A DNA stretch of 64,000 nucleotides from Selaginella moellendorffii. Its lineage: Eukaryota; Plantae; Lycopodiophyta. Positions 26,131-38,799 of this stretch are shown here, one piece after another. The DNA is taken from NCBI RefSeq assembly GCF_000143415.4, contig NW_003314285.1, positions 1,329,370 to 1,393,369 on the forward strand. The letters are read 5' to 3'. The translations under genes were made by a program, and so were the position numbers. Every line of letters starts with the position of its first letter. Position 1 is the stretch's first letter. The notes under the pieces were generated by a model that was not told the origin of the DNA, made no database searches, and worked only from the letters and a program-made list of their open reading frames with translations.

Positions 26131-26899
26131 AGTGAAAACCCAAAGTGCAGACCACTCTTGAGTTCATAAGCTGAAAAGTTAAGCTCATGAGTTGAGTTCT
26201 ATTTTCAATTGTAGTTTAATACAAATATTATAAATTTTAAAAAATTAAAGTTATAAAAAACCTAACTTTATACTATATTTTCATAACTCTCTATATTTTA
26301 TATAGATAAAACTATTTATAGGAGGCTTTTTGTCCAAGAATTTAAATATTTACTATATGTTATTATAGGTAAGTTTGTCAAAACATAAAATAAAATGGTT
26401 TTAATGTTGGTAGTTTCAACTCTTGAAATCTTTCTTAAGGTAGTAATTCAAGGATTAGGAGCTGCAATATTCATCCCATTGCACAACACATCCAAATCAT
26501 ACAAAAGATAGAAAAAAAGGGTAATAAAAATAATGATCATATATTGGAAATAAACGCACTGATAAAAGGTGCAACAAATTTGGTGAAAAAGAATGCCCTC
26601 TTATTTATTTTAAAAAATTGCAATTCTGTGACTTTTAAGAAATGTGTTATTTGTTTTCTAGCTTTTGGTGGAAATAGTGGCAATAATCAGTACAACAACA
26701 TATACACTCTTGCAATATATTGCAATATTATAGCCCCAAACTACTATGAAACATATTTTGAGATAGTAAAGACAGAAAGAAAGACACTCTAGTATTACAA
26801 ATAGTATTATGAAAAGAAAATTTATAAATATATTAAATGAAATGAATGCTTTATTATTAATTATATAAAGTATAAAAAGTATATATTACCGATAGAAAA

Positions 26900-28400
26900 T
26901 AAATATCAATAGTCTTGGAGAATATTATTAGCTCCAAAAGTCTTATAACTTAGCAGTAGTAAGGCTTGCTTAGTATATATGAATATCCGTTTTAAGATCT
27001 TAGTGTAAGGTTTTGATGAAAATGTAGTATATATATGCCTTCTTATGTTTCTTGCATTTAATAAAGTTTGGATATGTGCAAGAACTAAAGTATTGAATAA
27101 CAATTGTGAATTCTCCATATTCTATTTTGACAATCTGCAATATCTTGGAGCAAAATAGTATTTAATATCAAGCTTGTGAGAGCTTTTCGCTCCAAAAGCT
27201 ATGCTAATATCTTCACCAATAAAGAAAAAACAATACTTTAAGTGAACATTTTTCATGTCATTAATAGAAGCTTGGGAATTGTACTTTATAATGTGCCACG
27301 AACCACTTCCTCAACTACAATTACCACTTCTTAAGATAGTGGAATCACCTTCCTCTTTATCCTATTATATAACATCTTAACATAAGGCTTTGTTTCTAGT
27401 ATCTTCCTTTCTCAAATGTTAATGCTTTTGAAGATTGCTCTATAGTATATATCAAATTCAATAAACATGTTTTATACAAATTTATTTTCCCTTTCCTTAC
27501 CTCAAAAGAATGCTAGCTCTAATGTTTACTCTTGGAGGTGTACATAAGGTCCTCAAGTTCTAATGAAAACAAACAACATTAAAAAGTAACAAATGTAAAG
27601 AAGAAATAAGAGATTTCACTTCTTCCAACCACTCTATCCCAAAGAAGGAAGTAGTACATCTTGGCTTTGTAAATGGTATAACATAGAGGAGAATTTTTGC
27701 AAAACTAACACCTGAATCCAATAATAATGGTGATACAGACAAGAGAATTGATTGTAGACCCTTAAAAAAATATAGAATTTCTACAGCCATTTTGATTACA
27801 TGCTTCATCTATGCAATCCAAATTACTACCACAGTGAACCATAAACATTGTTCCTTCAAAATGTTAGAAGTGTGTGGTCTTGATCTTGCACTAGATTTAG
27901 ATATCCTACTTGGTCTCTATCCCTTTTCATTTGGAACTAGTGCTATCGATAAAAGGTGGTAGATCAAAGAAAATGTTGCTATTGTAGTAGAATGAAAAGC
28001 TCACTCATGAGTGGGAAAATTGGAAAGCATTGCTAATAGCTTGAATATTACTAAAGATGGAGCTAGTGAATTTAGGTTTGACATTAGCATAACTTTTCCA
28101 TTTAAACTAAAAGAGGAGGAGAGGATAATGACTAACCTTGCTTCACATTCACTTTGGTTTAAACATTTTGATTGAAGTTCCAAAAACTTGAATCTCCTCG
28201 GAGTTTGAATTCTGCAAATTTTATTATTATCCACCTTTGCCCACACTAGAAAGAAGAAACACTGAGCAACAACTATATTGGTGTTGTTGCAAATTATAGC
28301 CTCCAACAAAATAGACCCAAGATGAAGATCAAAAGGGCAACATAAAAAACTTTCAGAAACATGGCTTTGAGAGAATAAAAGTGGTGGGTGATCTCAAAAA
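26900..28400 (-). mobile_element. Probable decayed LINE (ORF1 / endonuclease region)
   Basis: Broken minus-strand coding-like sequence with weak remnants of APE-endonuclease motifs (NIRA...ILETK). Weak support. Confidence 0.3.
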
Positions 28401-29196
28401 TGTAAAAGAAACTTCTTCATCCTTTTTTATAAATTTTGGAATTTTCTATCTCCCTTATATTGCTTATAAAAATCTATAGTGAAACATAAATTGAGATTTA
28501 AGGAGAGCAATAAGAAGAATAACAACAATGTATAAATAAATTTAAATACTATAGCATATCTAATATGTGTAAGTGTGATAGTATTATCATGTGTTCTACT
28601 GTCTATTGCATGCATACAAATCTAAGAAAAGGTTTTCAACATGTGAAGTTTGATTGTTAGTGATGATGTTATTAATGATATTTTGCTTTGGCATTCCAAG
28701 ATATCTGATCATGTGTAAAATATCATTAGTTTGTCAAATCTTTAGTATTAGATGATGTCAATAATGATAATTCTTTAATGACATAGTTTTGATTCTCAAT
28801 ATAAATTGAGTTTTATCCATATATGTAAATACTGCTCAATGACATTTAGAGCATGTGCCTATAATTTAAGTTCATACATAATACAAAACAAATTTATGGA
28901 TGAGGATTCATCCATTCATAGATTAATATAGTACAATATATTTAATATAATAATGCAACATACCAGATTTATACTCTTTAAAGTTCTGTCACGAATCCAA
29001 AATATGTAAGAAATCTTGTTGAGAATGCATCCTTTCTATATATTTAGAAAAAATAATATTAATTCTCCAATAACTTAAACATTAAAAAGTGCTATATATA
29101 CCATCATTTATAAATTTTTTAAAAAAATTACATACAATATGATATATTATTGATAAATAAAATAGGGTATACACCAAACAGTTTTTAACCTTGGGT

Positions 29197-29862
29197 AGAG
29201 GTTATTCAAATAACCTTAGGCCCCTAGACCTCGAAACTACCCGAGGTCAAGCTCGAGCTAGCCACCTCGAGCAATTTCTGGCCTTGATGGGCCAAGGTTA
29301 TTCAAATAACCTCAGGCTGCCAGACCCCAAAACTACCCGAGGTTGAGCTCGAGCTAGCCACCTTGGGCAGTTTCTGGCCTAGAGGGGCCAAGGTTATTCA
29401 AATAACCTCTGGTTGCTAGACCTCGAAACTACCCAAGATCGAGCTCGGGCTGGCCACCTCAGGCAATTTCTAGCTTAGAGGGGCTAAGGTTATTCAAATA
29501 ACTTTGGGCCCCCAGACCCCAAAACTACTTGAGGTCGAATTTGAGCTAGCCACCTCAGGTAGTTTCTGACCTTGAGGGGCTGAGGTTATTCAAAAAACCT
29601 CAAGCCCCCACACCCTAAAACTGCCTAAAGTCAAGCTTGAGCTGGCGACCTTAGGTAGTTTTTGGCCTAGAGGGGCCGAGGTTATTCAAACAACTTTGGG
29701 CCCTTGCACCCCCAAACTACCCGAGGTCGAGCTTAGGCTAGCCACCTTGGGCAATTTTTGGCCTAGAGGGGCTGAGGTTATTCAAATAATCTTGGGCCCC
29801 CAGATCCCGAAACTGCCCGAGGTCCAACTTGGGCTCACCACCTCAGGTAGTTTTCGGCCTCA
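29197..29862. repeat. Tandem array of ~7 x 96-bp internally palindromic units
   Basis: GGTTATTCAAA recurs at 29200, 29296, 29392, 29488, 29584, 29680 and 29776 (exact 96-bp period). Confidence 0.95.
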
Positions 29863-32310
29863 GGCAAGCCCGATAGTGCCACTAACATCATATTCAATCT
29901 TGTGGTTGAGTAGATTTGCAATATATTCCTAGGTATTGATTTGAAACTCTATTAGCTATGCAAGTCTTGATTGAGCTCTATTACCCACTAGATAGTATTA
30001 TGATTGATTGCACAATAAATAATTGTTCTATAGTGGAGTTAGCATATGATTCGAGTAGATCAATATTTGCTATTGAAGAATATCATTTATTCAAACATTG
30101 GCTTAGAGCTACTTCTAACCTCAAGGTGGTGAATTATGTTTATTAAGATTTCAACACATATTTAATTTTGTTTTATAGATCATAGTCATCTTGAGTTTTT
30201 AGAGTTGGAGGTTTTAGAAATCTCCCAAAGTATACAAAAGCTATGGCTTAACAAATGCAAAGTGAGCGCAATCTCAATATAGAAGGAAGTATAAAAAAAA
30301 ATGATATGTTGATGATGAGATAGACGAAAGTTAAATGAATTCTTACTTGAGAAGAAAATCCTGTCATATATCAGAATATTAGTAATAGTGTCAGTGTTAG
30401 TTGTCAATGTTAATATTATATTCCATAATTACAAATTGGTATTCTCACATGCAACCATCAGTTTGTAATGCTTGTGTGTTGCCATCTCATCCTTCAATAT
30501 CTTGTCGACAATTATATATAAAGTGATAACACCATTTATGTAGCATTTGCAGCAGTGCTCAACAAAACTGTAAAATCCCATAAAAATGTTTTGACCCAAG
30601 AGAAAAAGGCATATTAGGCATCTTAGAATCAAACTGTCAATTTTTTTATTAATTCCCACTAAATCAAAAGTGAGCTTTTCTATGGATTAAGTGTAGTAGA
30701 TTTCAACTTGAGGAAACTCCCCATTATTGACTTTGTCATCCACATCTAAAAAATGATATATTAGGTGGCAAGAGAGCCTATATATTTTCTTCTTTCCTAA
30801 ATTGAACTTTAATACTTTGTGTGTGTGTGTGTATATATATAGTAAAAGGACAATATAATAGTATAGTAAAGCAATTCCAGATCTTACATTCAACTATAAG
30901 ATAGCTTAAAAAACCCATATTCTACACTATCCAATACATTGTTTCCTAAGGGGATGTTGTTCCTCACCATTAAGCAATAGTGGGTATGTGTCCATAACTT
31001 GTTTTTGAATTTATTGCATATCCAAACATTTGTCTTGTGGAGAAGGGAGAAAAAGACAAGCTTGAGGATTCAAGCTTAGGAAAGTAAACTTGAGAGGTTC
31101 AAGGTTAGGACTGTATTCCTAACCTTGACGTGAACAGTAGCGACTATAAAAGTAGGACTTAGAATGTTTTTAGACAGATCCCTAATACAAAATACATTGC
31201 AATACATCGTCATTCTGCCTATCTCTTTGGCTATTCACAGCAATGTCTTACTTACCCACCGCCTTCAAGGGATCAAAGGCGTGGGACTAGCACCTTCAAG
31301 CACATGTTCACAGTCTCCACTTGGTTTTGCACAAGCAGGTAAGTGCATTCATTTTGTAGTGTAGTTTTAGATTTAAGGACTAGATTAGATTTGAATCTCC
31401 TAGGAAGATCTCGTGTGGACGTTTTACTCCCAGTCCAGAGAATCCAGGAGTTTTCACTGGCGACCACGGTGGGATGACGGTGACGTGAAGAGCTCATGGG
31501 ATAGAGCAGATCAAGACGATCATTTTCCCCAAAACTTCAAGGAAAACGGACCAAAGACGCTCAAGAAAATGGCATAGGAAGAAAAAGCCCCAAAAATCAA
31601 GAAAAACAAGACCGTAAAACAAAAACAGTGGAAGAGCATGAAGGAATGAAGAAAAAAATGGAGCGTAAGACCAAAAGATGAAGAACACTTGAAGATTGAA
31701 GCCACCCAAGTCGTGGAAAACTTGGAGCGTACGTGTAACTGTTTTTGGCGAGAGGTTGAAGAAAGCAAATATTCCAAGAATCTACGATAAGGAAACGACC
31801 AAGGGAAAATTCTAGCGCCTGAAGATGGAGGAAGAATGAAAAAGCACGACTGCCCATTTGGAGACACAAGCTGTACAAGATACAAGGACTGCCTTTTGTG
31901 TGGATTCAGAAATTGTGCTAAACCATACAAGTAATGCTATTCAAAATGGCGATGCGACACTTGCAAACAAGCAAAAGCAAGACTGTGAATCAGGGATGAC
32001 ATTGCCGCAACGGAAGAGAGAAAGAAACGAGAAGAAATAGCCCACGAAAATGACACCAAAAAGAGTGACGATAGTTTAAAAAAAGAAGAAAAACAGAGCA
32101 CTAGTTGCTTTCAAGAATTCAAAGAAACAGTCTTGCGACTATTACACAATTTGTCCAGCAAATTGAAAGAGCCAAAGGGGAGGAATGATAAAAGAGAATG
32201 AACAATCACCAAAATTTTGTAGCCCACATGAGGAGAGCGATAACAATGACGCAAAATGGAATTTTTGGGCTTGCACGAGAGACCAGCGAGATGAGGAAAT
32301 CCCTCGATAG

Positions 32311-33237
32311 ATGCAAGACTCTCAAAACTTTTTAGAAGCCATCAGGCAGCTGCCATCTGAAATTCAGGAATGAATCTTTAATTTAGTTCACAACACATTA
32401 GACAAGGAGAACTATACACCAATTTGCAACGGCGCTATCATACACGGCGCACAGTTTATAGCAAAACAAGATAAACAAGAATTGTATACGTGGAGAATCA
32501 TCCTCGAGCTCTCGTGGAGATCTTTCGTGTACATCGATCAAGAATTTATTTGTCTCAAGGAAGAAGTTGAGTGGCATACTTGGGACATTATCACTCGAAT
32601 TTACGAAGAAATTCCAAGGTTCCTGCTTAGAGAAATACAGGAAATACTTGGACAGCAATTTGTAAGAGGATTTATTACACTGGTTGGAAGCGCAATACAT
32701 GAGCTTACTGACCTCAAGATAAAGGAAGGACTGTGGGCAAAAGAGCACTGGATAGATCCGCGCACGCATAGGCTTAAAGCAACAAAAATTTGTTGGAATC
32801 CATACCTTGACGTGTGGACACCATTTGAGAAGAAAAACATACAGGAATCACGAAGTTGGAAACCCATATCAATCGGAGAAGGAGAAGTGAGAACATTAAA
32901 AATACAACCACTGCTGTATTCAGCATTTTCAAATATTACTATCGACTGGGAAACACAAATGCTCATAGTGAGAGCTCGCATTCCCGTACGACCAACATAT
33001 TGTAAGAGACCAAAACAATTATTCAAGAATTTAGAAAAGATTGGACTCCTAAAGAGAGTTGCAATCGTTTGCATACCTGCTCGATCCCAAAGTTGGAGAG
33101 CAGCACCAAATATTACTAGCGAACAGCTACACCGATCAATTTATGACACAACCGACCTCCTTCCAACAAACAAAATCATACTTACTTACACCACCAAATT
33201 TTTCAAATACAAGACCTTTCCTGAGCTAGACTCATGA
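32311..33237 (+). pseudogene. Extra ORF upstream of gag, unknown function, in-frame TGA at 32371
   Basis: ATG at 32311 is in frame with the 251-aa ORF 32482-33237, with a single TGA (plausibly CGA>TGA) between them. Confidence 0.6.
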
Positions 33238-33477
33238 AAGTGACCTCGAGAAGAAACTCGGGAAGAATCGAGAAACAAACACTCGATTGAAGACTCAAGA
33301 CATAAGAGCTTGACTTCGCATTTATATAACAAAATACAAACCTGCAAAAGACTCAAGACATAAGAGCTTGACTTTGCAATCTATGAAAAACAACATTTGA
33401 TTCAACACACTGTAGATGAATCACAAAATTCAGGAAGTTTACCTCGGCATTTAAGTCAAGAAGATTTAGAAAACTGA

Positions 33478-35859
33478 ATGCACAAACATAAACCAGACCC
33501 AATCAAGATCCGGGAAAGAGATCTTCGACAAAAGACTCGAGAAGTAAGAAAGGAAGAGATAGAAAAGGAAAAGTTAGAAGAACAGCAACAACAAATCTTA
33601 GAAACAATATTAGAGAAGTACGACAAAGACGATAAACAAATTCAAGTACCCGAGTCAAGTAACTCGGCAGAAGACAAAGAAGAACCAAATATTGAAGACG
33701 TCCCAGAGTTTGAGCCGTTTGAAGAGGCAGAATTCACAGCACCAGAGTTTTACTCATATCCTAATTCACCAGAAGAACAACTTATCCAACAAAGTCTACA
33801 ACAACAAATGGCAATCATCAACCCAGCGACAGCTATAGGGAACATGATTTCCTATCCCATTTTTACCGGTGGAAAAACCGAAGATGCGAACCAGCATCTC
33901 AAACAATTTGATCAAATTGTAAAGATGAACAAGCAAGAAATGCATCGAGAAATACTTTTCCCATACACACTTAAAGGAAAAGCCCTCGATTGGCACAACA
34001 CACTCGATGATGCGATGACCCATGATGAAAAGATCACACAATTTAAAGAACAATTCCAGACTGGAGGAACTCAAGAAGAACACTATGAGATCATCAAGAA
34101 CTTCAAACAAAAACCACGTGAAAGTATTCAAGATTACACTCGAAGATTTAAGTTCCATGCAAAGCGTTGCAAGGATTTGATAACGGAAAAAGGAAAAAAC
34201 TTGTCCTATATACAAGGCCTTAAAGAAATCTATAGAAACATGGTAGCACTCGCTGCTGCAGCAGAGAATCCGGATGAAGAAAATGTCGATACACTCTCCA
34301 AAGAAATCTTGACATTAGAAAAACGATTTAAGCAATTCACAAAAGCGGGACCTTCACAAACCGATGATAGTTCAGATGATGAAGAAGAGGAAGAAATCTG
34401 CATCAAGACAAAGAAGAAACCATCAAAAAACCAAGACTTGAAGGAAATAATCAGGAAAATCTCACAAACCAAACTCAAGGAAGGAGTGTGGTGTACAAAG
34501 TGTAAAAATGAAGGACATACATATTTGGAATGCAAATTTCAGCTTCCAAAATGTCAAATTTGCTATAGAGAAGGCCATATAGCCAAGAATTGCCGATTTA
34601 GGAATACAATGGAAGTTTCAAGAATAGAGAATACTTCTTGTCGAGAGCCCAAACTTCGATATCAAGGAAACTGGAATCAAAATGCACGACCACCACGCAA
34701 TGAACCTCCAAGATATAACAATTATTATCAACGTGATGATAATTTGTACAATCAAAGACAAAACTATTACCAGCGAGACAATAGCAACTACAATAGGATA
34801 CCCCCTCAAGATCAAAGACCAAACAACTATTCTGGAAATTATGGAAGAAACTACAATACATATCAGCAACGTGATGGACCTCATGACAACTACCAATGTC
34901 CTCCCGCACAAAATTACAATTATGATCAAGAACCATATCGCAACTATAATCAAAGACCACCTCAAGCTCAAGGTTACAATTACAACCAGCGACCTGCACC
35001 ACAACAAGATAATCGACCTCGACAACCTTACCAAAATGCAAATCGCAAGAATAAACAAGGAGTAAACAATCAGGCTCCGAGACCAAGACCACCAGCAGCA
35101 CAGAATGTTGAGGTGGAAATTGACAAACCACAAACTTTTGAAGAACCAGCAATACAAACTATCACGAGACAACAATACAAGTATCAGCAACCAGATAATC
35201 TGGAAGAACAAGATTACAATGATGAAGTTGAAATTATCCCAGAAACCGAATGGAAGAAAAGCAAGAAAATACTTAAAGCAATTCAAGCTGAATTGCAAGC
35301 ACAAGATCCAGAAACAATCAAAGAACACGACAAACAATCAAACAATCAAGAAACAAGAAGTTTTACCCAAGCGGAGCTGGCACCTGTTCAGCAGAAAGAA
35401 AAGTTTCATGTGGAAGAGCAAGCTGAAGCAAGGTTGAAGCAAAACCTGGTGGAAGATGAACAGCTTGATCAGATTGAGCAACCAGCAGAAGAAAACGAAG
35501 ACTTGCAGTGGCTAAAGGTGTTTCAGATGCAGGAACTTGAGGTGGTGCTTCCGAAGTTTTGTGAGCAGACGGAGCAGAAGAAAAATTCAGTGCCAGAGTT
35601 TGACGTGGAACAGGCAGCAGCTGGTCAAGCTGGCTTGGAGCAGAAAGCTGTTGTGAAGAAGAAAGAAGAAGATGTTAGACAACAAAGAGGTGTAGAAGTT
35701 CAGAACCTTGTGGAGCAGCCATCAAGAGGAGCCATATACCCAGGCCAAAGTTTGCACTTGAACGTGGCTGGTTTGAAGTTGGTGAAGAGACGAGGAAGTG
35801 TGTTTCTCAGGTTCTGGTGGGACAGAGGCAAGCTGGTTTCATCCTTTGTAGCTCTGTAG
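33478..35859 (+). CDS. Retrotransposon Gag polyprotein with two CCHC zinc knuckles
   Basis: Retrotrans_gag-like core (FPYTLKGKALDWH..KEQF..FKQKPRESIQDYTRRF..YIQGL), CTKCKNEGHTYLEC and CQICYREGHIAKNC, then N/Q/Y-rich and E/Q-rich tails. No protease, RT or integrase motifs follow. Confidence 0.9.
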   Translation: MHKHKPDPIKIRERDLRQKTREVRKEEIEKEKLEEQQQQILETILEKYDKDDKQIQVPESSNSAEDKEEPNIEDVPEFEPFEEAEFTAPEFYSYPNSPEEQLIQQSLQQQMAIINPATAIGNMISYPIFTGGKTEDANQHLKQFDQIVKMNKQEMHREILFPYTLKGKALDWHNTLDDAMTHDEKITQFKEQFQTGGTQEEHYEIIKNFKQKPRESIQDYTRRFKFHAKRCKDLITEKGKNLSYIQGLKEIYRNMVALAAAAENPDEENVDTLSKEILTLEKRFKQFTKAGPSQTDDSSDDEEEEEICIKTKKKPSKNQDLKEIIRKISQTKLKEGVWCTKCKNEGHTYLECKFQLPKCQICYREGHIAKNCRFRNTMEVSRIENTSCREPKLRYQGNWNQNARPPRNEPPRYNNYYQRDDNLYNQRQNYYQRDNSNYNRIPPQDQRPNNYSGNYGRNYNTYQQRDGPHDNYQCPPAQNYNYDQEPYRNYNQRPPQAQGYNYNQRPAPQQDNRPRQPYQNANRKNKQGVNNQAPRPRPPAAQNVEVEIDKPQTFEEPAIQTITRQQYKYQQPDNLEEQDYNDEVEIIPETEWKKSKKILKAIQAELQAQDPETIKEHDKQSNNQETRSFTQAELAPVQQKEKFHVEEQAEARLKQNLVEDEQLDQIEQPAEENEDLQWLKVFQMQELEVVLPKFCEQTEQKKNSVPEFDVEQAAAGQAGLEQKAVVKKKEEDVRQQRGVEVQNLVEQPSRGAIYPGQSLHLNVAGLKLVKRRGSVFLRFWWDRGKLVSSFVAL

Positions 35860-36864
35860 GAGTAGAGGAAGTAAGTAGTAAAGGAGCAAAACTGAAAGCC
35901 GTCCAGGAGAAGTCGTGGCTATTTCAAGTCGGATGTTTAAAGTTTCGAGAAGAGGCGTTTGTGCAACTGATCTCGGGAAGAAGCTGGTCAAATTCAGATC
36001 ACAAGACTTTGAGGAAGCAGCTCAGACTTATGAAGAGGAGGAAGAGGAGGAGGAGCCACATGAGGGAGCAGCTACCCACGATGCAGCAATGGAGCAGTGA
36101 CTGCGGGACGCAGCACAAGGCAGTCGTGGGAGAGTGGAGAAGGGAGAAAAAGACAAGCTTGAGGATTCAAGCTTAGGAAAGTAAACTTGAGAGGTTCAAG
36201 GTTAGGACTGTATTCCTAACCTTGACGTGAACAGTAGCGACTATAAAAGTAGGACTTAGAATGTTTTTAGACAGATCCCTAATACAAAATACATTGCAAT
36301 ACATCGTCATTCTGCCTATCTCTTTGGCTATTCACAGCAATGTCTTACTTACCCACCGCCTTCAGGGATCAAAGGCGTGGGACTAGCACCTTCAAGCACA
36401 TGTTCACAGTCTCCACTTGGTTTTGCACAAGCAGGTAAGTGCATTCATTTTGTAGTGTAGTTTTAGATTTAAGGACTAGATTAGATTTGAATCTCCTAGG
36501 AAGATCTCGTGTGGACGTTTTACTCCCAGTCCAGAGAATCCAGGAGTTTTCATCTTGTCCAAAAAAAAAGTAGCATATTAGACATTGAATATAATAACAT
36601 TTTGTGCTTTTAAGTAGTCTTGCCATACCAAGAGCAAGAGCTTGCAAAAACATGTGGCATTACTCTTAAAGCATTAGAAGTAATCCCTCTCTAGTAACAA
36701 TATTCAAAATTTTGTATATAGGGGGCTCTAGTTTGACTTCATAAGAACCCCTAATAGAAAGAGGATTATAATGTGGTTATAGTGGAGGTGAATGTGGAAT
36801 GTTGGTAAACTTTAGGGATGGAGGTAGAGACTAATATAAGATGTTAAAAACCCAAGTACGAGTA

Positions 36865-37392
36865 TATAAGCTTTTAAATTTGGACTTCCCAAGAGATCAC
36901 CCAACTTAGTACTATTCAAACCCAAAGATGCTTAACCCTAAATATCCCAAAACCCTTAACTAATTGAAAAAAGGGGTGCACTTTTGTTTATAAGCCCTTT
37001 CTCTTTAAATTTGAACCCTTATAAATTGTCTCTCAAGTTATTCTCTTTGGTTTTTTACAATCCATTATATTTCTTTGCAAGTTCATGCCCTCATGAATGG
37101 AAGTTAAGAGCCCTATTCTCTTGACACCTACCCCTCGGGTCGAGCCCAACCGGAGCAAACTAGACCAATTAGATGTTAATTAACTTGTGGTATGATTCCC
37201 CTAACCAAACAACAGAGTCGGACTCAAGACCTCTCTGATACCAAATGTAACTCTTGAATTTGGATTTCCCAAAAGGTCACTTTATTTAAAAATCCCTTAA
37301 CTGATTGGAGAAAAGAATGCATTCTTATTCATGAGCCCTTTTCCTCTATATTTAAACCCTTATAAATAAGTCATTCCTTTTAATTGCTTATA
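36865..37392 (-). mobile_element. Second, older Cassandra-type TRIM of the same family
   Basis: Reverse complement of 5009-5578, with shared internal sequence CCCCTCGGGTCGAGCCCAAC.GGAGCAAACT and PBS (plus strand CTCTGATACCA). TSD GAGTA on both sides. Confidence 0.88.
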
Positions 37393-38799
37393 GAGTAGTA
37401 ATGACTTTCCTTAGAACCATTTCTATATTAAACTTTTTAGCTTTCTAAGGAGTGTAAGGATAACAAAAATACTATAATGACTAACTTTTCTTAGATTTCA
37501 TAATCATAGTCTACTTATAAAAAGAAGGGCTTCTAAAATTCTAGATACACATACTAGAATATTTATCATTCGAATGACCATCTATATATACTCTTTTCTA
37601 CACTTGTGCCAACTTTCTAAAAAAAATAGACAATAGGGAAATATAAACTATATTATAGTAGTAGAGTATGCAAGCACGCAGGCCCACATGCATTCTCTTG
37701 TGTGAGATTACCTTTCTTTTGGAAATGTAGATAAACTTGATTCTTTGATATGATATCACTTTTGAGTCTTTTAAAAGATTTTGATCTTTATTATTATTAT
37801 TCACAAATAACTCTCAAAAAATGATAGTGCGGATTCATCCCAAAAGTATACTTAGTCTTCTCATATAGGAGGATTGCATTGTAGGCAGGCATCTTGGACC
37901 CAATCTCAAATTTCAAACTCACTCTCAAACTTGGTCTTAGACTTGGTCTTCTCAAACTCGGTCTTAAATTTGGTCTCATAAATTACAAATGCCATAGAAA
38001 GCTCTATAAAGTAAATTTGATAGAATTTTTTTTCACTATATTCATTTCTTCATTTCTTTTATTCTAAACTATTGTTTTGGAAGTAATATGAGCATTTTTG
38101 TTAATAATGACAATGGCCTTTACATTCTCAAATGGGTAATAAGGACTATGAGTGTACTATAAAGATTGTGATAGTGAAACAAAATTAATATTCTCACATT
38201 AATTTGCCTTACAACTCTTACTTACAGATTTCTTATTTTACTTAAGAACAAATGAATGAATAGTATGTAAATATATATTGCCTTGACTAACATACACTAT
38301 TAATAGCTACCCTTCAAAAGTTTTTATCTTGATTTATATTTATATTTTTTTAATGCATTGCAAGAAAATCAAAATATGATAATTGTAAAGATAGTCTTTA
38401 GTAAGAAAATAGATAAGTTCTCATGAACTTTATCTTTTCTAAATAACTCAATCTAGTAGAAACTTTTGATCTAGGTATTTATATATTTTAATATTTTAAA
38501 GTTTATTAGAACCTTAATTTTTTGAACATAGATTTTCTTCATAAGAGTTATAGTTGACTGCATTGACTTATATTGACTTATGATGAGTTGAGCTCAACTC
38601 AACTTTGAACCATCCCCAAAACCCAAAGCAATTATCTCCTATACTTTGGGGGGTTTGTTAAGTCTTTATAGGATAATAAAGGGAGGACTCCAAAGAAATT
38701 AATATGGCTAGGGAAGGTTATTGTAACTGAAGAATGTTATATCCATATGGTGGGTGATAATATGAACACTAAATCCAAGGCTAAAGTGAATATAAATGG

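Larger units (their letters stand above)
31038..36552 (+). mobile_element. Very young non-autonomous LTR retrotransposon (extra 5' ORF plus gag, no pol)
   Basis: LTRs 31038-31456 and 36135-36552 (TG...CA), differing by one visible 1-bp indel. TSD TCTTG. PBS TGGCGACCACGGTGGGA complementary to a tRNA-Arg 3' end. Confidence 0.95.

Noticed and set aside
29197-29862. CRISPR array or a 32-aa repeat protein
   Set aside because: No unique spacers, as the whole unit repeats. Eukaryotic context with no cas genes. Several units carry stops, so no continuous ORF spans the array.
33290-33380. 30-bp direct repeat AGACTCAAGACATAAGAGCTTGACTT between the extra ORF and gag
   Set aside because: A real but simple local duplication with no evidence of function.
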